DNA from: Psychrobacter cryohalolentis K5
GTDB lineage: Bacteria > Pseudomonadota > Gammaproteobacteria > Pseudomonadales > Moraxellaceae
Direction of reading: 5' to 3'
NCBI RefSeq assembly: GCF_000013905.1
Contig: NC_007969.1
Location: forward strand, 2,130,001 to 2,162,000
DNA: 32,000 nucleotides
In this document: one piece after another, positions 28,587-32,000 of the stretch
Layout of the letters: each line of letters starts with the position of its first letter
Position numbering within the stretch: position 1 is the stretch's first letter
The notes under the pieces: generated by a model
Database searches by the model: none
Told to the model about the DNA's origin: nothing
Seen by the model: the letters and a program-made list of their open reading frames with translations, nothing else
Translations under genes and position numbers: made by a program

Positions 28587-28711
28587 ACGGTCTAACCTTG
28601 TTTACCTTAATACGGTCATTGTTTATTTTAGGGATTGGTATTGCAGGATAATCGAAAGTATCCAATACTTGTTACTGCTTGTAGTTTAAGCGATTATTAT
28701 TATCTAAATAA

Positions 28712-28738
28712 CGCCCTAAGCCATTGCAGCTTAGGGCG
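28712..28738 (-). terminator. Hairpin downstream of the DUF445 gene (probable terminator)
   Basis: Perfect 10-bp stem CGCCCTAAGC / GCTTAGGGCG with a 7-nt loop. The trailing minus-strand sequence TTATTTAG is only moderately T-rich. Confidence 0.5.
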
Positions 28739-28826
28739 CTTACAACATGGTACATTAGCGTCAACTTGTCACGTTTCTGTATCCACTCTGTATGCGATGT
28801 GTATAAAAAACATAAAACATTGCTTA

Positions 28827-30161
28827 TCACTGCATGGCTGGGAAAAACACCAATACCAGATGTAGCCAACCTGCCAAAAATCCCGTCAAGCCACCAAGCA
28901 CAATTAGCGTCATCTCATCTTCACGAAAGGCAGGACGTAATAAGTTTTGGAATTCATCAGGCGTCAGCGCACGGATGCGATCACGAAACAGTCCAAATAT
29001 CTTACTGGCACGACTTTCATTGAGCTCAGGATCCCTTAGTGGCACCATCGTTGCAACGATAGATTTATCAATGATGGTATTTTTTAATTGCCCAAACTCG
29101 CGGCGACCCAGTCCCAATCGTAAAGTCGTATTAATCACTGGTGACTCTAAGACTTTATACAGATGCGACTTCATCAATTCACGCGTCTCAATAGCGCGGT
29201 CACCATACATCATCTCATTCATGATGTTCTCAAGCGTCACCAAATCTTTGACCACAATCTCAGCAAATACTTCAGATACCTCTTCTTGGCGCTTCATAAA
29301 GCCGCCTTGGAGTCGATATCGAGCAATATGCGGTAATTGTGGCTTGATAAAAGGAAAACGGCTCTGTAGCGCAAAAAACTTCACATAACGGATAAAATGC
29401 GGCTCTACAGGATTAAATACCATCCAAATCGCAATCCAATTGGTCAAAAAGCCCCAAATGGCCGCAAAAAACGGTACTGTCCAATGTTGCGGCACTACCA
29501 AGAATATAAACATTTGGATAATGCCAAAAATCAGCCCAATCAAAGCACTAATATGCCAAATAAAATTGATTTCTTTTTGTCCGACTTTTAAGAACATATT
29601 GACCATCAAACGACGATCACTCTCCATCTTATTGACAATCATCTTGCGCATATCGACCAAATCTTCGACATGATAGGTCAAGTCAGTCACCAAAGATTGC
29701 ATAATGCTTGGCAGCTCTTGGTGCGCTTGGGCATAGACACGGCGCTTGAGCGCATAAGGCAGATTGCCCCACAGTGCTGGCGAATGATCAAGCATAATTT
29801 CATCAATCAAGTTTTCAAGGTTTTTATCAACCGCCTCAGTGATGAACAGCGCCATCTGATCTGGTTCCATAGCCTGAAAAAACTCATCAAGCGAGCCAAG
29901 CTTAGATAGCGTCTGGTCAACAATCACGCCAGATATCTTACCCGCTTTTCTTGGCACAATACCTTGCCAGCCAAGACCTGGTAGCCCAAAGAATGGGAAA
30001 TTAGGGATGCGTATACCGCGAAACTTAATCGGATAAAACAACATCTTGAGCGCCATCCAGACATGAATCCATGTCACAAATGCTGTCACCGGCGGAATGG
30101 TAAGCATGGCAAAAAACTCAGGGTGCTCAGCGATTGTTTGCCACAATGAAGTTACATCCAT
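28827..30161 (-). CDS. DUF445 (YjiN/UPF0754-like) membrane protein
   Basis: The N-terminal motif W.....A.KMLFYP......I........GWQGIVPRKAGKI is characteristic of DUF445. Hydrophobic helices sit mid-protein and at the C-terminus. Confidence 0.8.
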   Translation of the reverse strand: MDVTSLWQTIAEHPEFFAMLTIPPVTAFVTWIHVWMALKMLFYPIKFRGIRIPNFPFFGLPGLGWQGIVPRKAGKISGVIVDQTLSKLGSLDEFFQAMEPDQMALFITEAVDKNLENLIDEIMLDHSPALWGNLPYALKRRVYAQAHQELPSIMQSLVTDLTYHVEDLVDMRKMIVNKMESDRRLMVNMFLKVGQKEINFIWHISALIGLIFGIIQMFIFLVVPQHWTVPFFAAIWGFLTNWIAIWMVFNPVEPHFIRYVKFFALQSRFPFIKPQLPHIARYRLQGGFMKRQEEVSEVFAEIVVKDLVTLENIMNEMMYGDRAIETRELMKSHLYKVLESPVINTTLRLGLGRREFGQLKNTIIDKSIVATMVPLRDPELNESRASKIFGLFRDRIRALTPDEFQNLLRPAFREDEMTLIVLGGLTGFLAGWLHLVLVFFPAMQ

Positions 30162-30298
30162 GACTTTATGTATCCTTGCCGTGATAATCGATGTTGACCA
30201 AATATTCTGAGCACATTAACAATGCTTAGCAATAAGAAGCCCTCTTCCCAATAACTACTACAAAATAAATCGCCTGATTTTAGCATACTTGCCATCCA

Positions 30299-30487
30299 TT
30301 AGCACATGTAGACCCTAGGCAAGTTGTGACTAGAGATGACACGTTTTACACTGCTACTGTGGCACAAAAAATCCTTAAAAAAATCTACTGGCGTATGACC
30401 AGTAACCGATTTAATAACTACTTCTTTCGAATTTACTCGGTGATTAGATCCGTTGTGAAATGAGTCACCAACCACAGTCGTATGCAT
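30299..30487 (-). CDS. Orphan hypothetical protein, 62 aa, His-rich
   Basis: ATG preceded by AAGGTGG at 7 nt spacing. Six His and two Cys in 62 residues. No family recognised. It sits alone in a 624 bp AT-rich intergenic region, so it may not be a real gene. Confidence 0.35.
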   Translation of the reverse strand: MHTTVVGDSFHNGSNHRVNSKEVVIKSVTGHTPVDFFKDFLCHSSSVKRVISSHNLPRVYMC

Positions 30488-30697
30488 AATGATGCCACCT
30501 TTTATAACAGCGATAAAATAAATGACTGTCTACTGCGTCATCGCTTTTGATCTGTTATAATTTGCCGTTGTGGTTTGCGAGATGTTTGTAATCTATGATG
30601 ATAATATTTCAGATATTAAATGCTTCTTATATCACGCTATGTTGTTGAAAGTCCTTAGCTTATCCTTTATGCTCACCTCGTTTTGTCTACATGATAT

Positions 30698-30726
30698 TTG
30701 ACATGGTCGACTGCTACTTTATAAAT
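30698..30726 (+). promoter_or_regulatory. Candidate sigma70 promoter for mrdA
   Basis: TTGACA (30698-30703), a 17-nt spacer, then ATAAAT (30721-30726), about 60 nt upstream of the mrdA ATG. Confidence 0.5.
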
Positions 30727-30785
30727 ACCTCTTTTGATAACTTTTTGATTTATTGTCTCACTGACTGTTTGGGTACTGACTTTAT

Positions 30786-32000
30786 ATGAACAAACCGCTC
30801 ACTCCTGATACCGAACAGGTCAATCGCATTTTTACCAGTCGCATTCTTATTCTTGGATTAATCATATTTGTGGGCTTACTAGGGCTAATAGTACGTTATG
30901 GATTTCTGCAAGTTTTTGCTCACGATAAATATACGACCCAAGCAGACAACAATCGCATCAAATTGATTTCTGCCCCACCAAGTCGTGGTTATATTTATGA
31001 TCGCAACGGCGTTATCCTCGCTGACAATCAGCCGGTTTTTACCGCTATGCTCAGCCCTGATGAAGTCGAAAACCCTGAGCGTACCTTACAATTACTCGCG
31101 CCCATCTTTGATTTGACGGATGAAAATATCACCGATATTTTGGCGCGTGTGAGTAAAAGTAAAAATGATCCGGTAACCATCAAGATTGACTTAACCGAGG
31201 CGCAATTGGCGCAGTTTAGTGAACGCAAACCTTTTTTTCGCGGTGTTAGCATCCAAAGTAAGCTCACACGCTCATACCCTTATGATGAACTTTTTGCCCA
31301 TGTTATTGGCTATGTCGGACGTATTAACGACAAAGAATCGAAGAGAATCAATAAAGATCGCTATGCCGGTACCGACCTTATCGGTAAGATTGGGATCGAA
31401 GATTATTACGAAGATATTTTACTTGGACAACCCGGTTATCAGTCAGTAGAAACCAACGCGCACGGCAATGTGCTACGTCAACTTGATACTAAGCCACCAA
31501 TCGCCGGCAACGACATCACCTTAAGTTTAGATTATGGGTTGCAGGTTGTGGCGCAGCAGCAGCTTGATGGCAGGCGCGGTGCCATTGTGGCAATAGACCC
31601 CAAAACCGGCGATGTACTAGCCTTTGTCAGTAATCCAAGTTATGACCCAAACCCCTTCATCTCCGGCATCTCATTTAAAGACTATGATGATCTGCGTGAA
31701 GATTTGGATCAGCCGCTTTATAACCGTGCCCTACAAGGCACTTATCCACCGGGTTCAACTATCAAGCCCTTTGAAGCCCTAGGCGGTATTCATTATGGTC
31801 TACGTAACTGGGAAACCACTATCTACGACCCAGGTTATTTTAGCCTGCCAGGTGACTCCCACCGCTTTCGTGATTGGAAAAAAGGTGGTCATGGTACCGT
31901 CGATCTCAAAAAATCCATCGTGATGTCAGTCGATACTTATTATTATAAATTGGCGTATGAGATGGGCATTCAGCGCTTACATGACTGGATGGTACGTTTT
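30786..32000 (+). CDS. mrdA: Penicillin-binding protein 2 (elongasome transpeptidase), partial; continues beyond the window
   Basis: My own translation from ATG 30786 gives MNKPLTPDTEQVNRIFTSRILILGLIIFVGLLGLIVRYGFLQVF...RGYIYDRNGVILADN...RSYPY...HVIGYVG...GAIVAIDPKTGDVLAFVSNPSYDPN...NRALQGTYPPGSTIKP (SxxK motif). The frame is open to 32000. Confidence 0.93.
   Translation, partial: MNKPLTPDTEQVNRIFTSRILILGLIIFVGLLGLIVRYGFLQVFAHDKYTTQADNNRIKLISAPPSRGYIYDRNGVILADNQPVFTAMLSPDEVENPERTLQLLAPIFDLTDENITDILARVSKSKNDPVTIKIDLTEAQLAQFSERKPFFRGVSIQSKLTRSYPYDELFAHVIGYVGRINDKESKRINKDRYAGTDLIGKIGIEDYYEDILLGQPGYQSVETNAHGNVLRQLDTKPPIAGNDITLSLDYGLQVVAQQQLDGRRGAIVAIDPKTGDVLAFVSNPSYDPNPFISGISFKDYDDLREDLDQPLYNRALQGTYPPGSTIKPFEALGGIHYGLRNWETTIYDPGYFSLPGDSHRFRDWKKGGHGTVDLKKSIVMSVDTYYYKLAYEMGIQRLHDWMVRF

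Noticed and set aside
28640-28662. A GGATAATCGAAAGTATCC palindrome-like element upstream of ccmF, considered as a second Fur box.
   Set aside because: It matches only about 11 of 19 positions of the Fur consensus, and the inverted-repeat arms are only 5 bp. This is not distinguishable from background.
28834-29388. A 184-aa plus-strand ORF antisense to the DUF445 gene. Similar antisense ORFs occur at 24212-24649 (ccmI), 12562-12906 (rsmE), 14871-15370 (Sel1 gene), 27571-28072 (ccmF) and 8033-8335 (fbpC).
   Set aside because: All are embedded antisense in well-supported genes and have biased, family-less translations. They are shadow ORFs.
30299-30487. Faint resemblance of the orphan 62-aa ORF to HicA toxins (NGSNH ... 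GHTP versus GSHH ... PRHP) and to the rve integrase core (HNGSNH..NSKE ... DFFKDFL versus HSDNGSEF.SKEF ... ESFF..LK).
   Set aside because: The spacing between motifs does not fit either family. The N-terminal part of HicA is missing, and there is no HicB-like partner or flanking transposase remnant; the other frames are full of stops. These short matches are within chance expectation, so I kept it as hypothetical only.

Overview
This window looks like ordinary core chromosome from a gammaproteobacterium. Moderate GC content and protein similarities suggest Moraxellaceae, possibly Psychrobacter; that is inference and cannot be verified here. About 90% of the window is coding, and almost every gene is a recognisable housekeeping gene. 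In order: rnz (partial), a small membrane ORF, a GST, rarD, gyrA, cmoM, a Fur-box-preceded fbpABC-type iron(III) ABC importer, rsmE-waaA, a Sel1-repeat protein, cls, tRNA-Val and tRNA-Asp, a decayed dpaL fragment, orn/rsgA (divergent), yibN-grxC-secB, adk, ccmFGHI, a DUF445 membrane protein and mrdA (partial). I found no CRISPR array, IS element, transposase, integrase, phage gene or recognisable defence or toxin gene, and I cannot support a claim of a novel multi-gene system. Four places are not explained by standard annotation: (1) the roughly 830 bp non-functional stretch downstream of tRNA-Asp, which holds a dpaL pseudogene and a pyrimidine-rich tract; (2) the 624 bp AT-rich intergenic region upstream of mrdA, which holds an orphan His-rich 62-aa ORF and an interrupted inverted repeat; (3) a Sel1-repeat protein with no signal peptide and a C-terminal membrane anchor, lying between waaA and cls; (4) lineage-specific extensions or insertions in RarD, GyrA, WaaA, Cls and FbpC. 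All family calls come from reading the translated ORFs against remembered family motifs and E. coli sequences. No database search was run.
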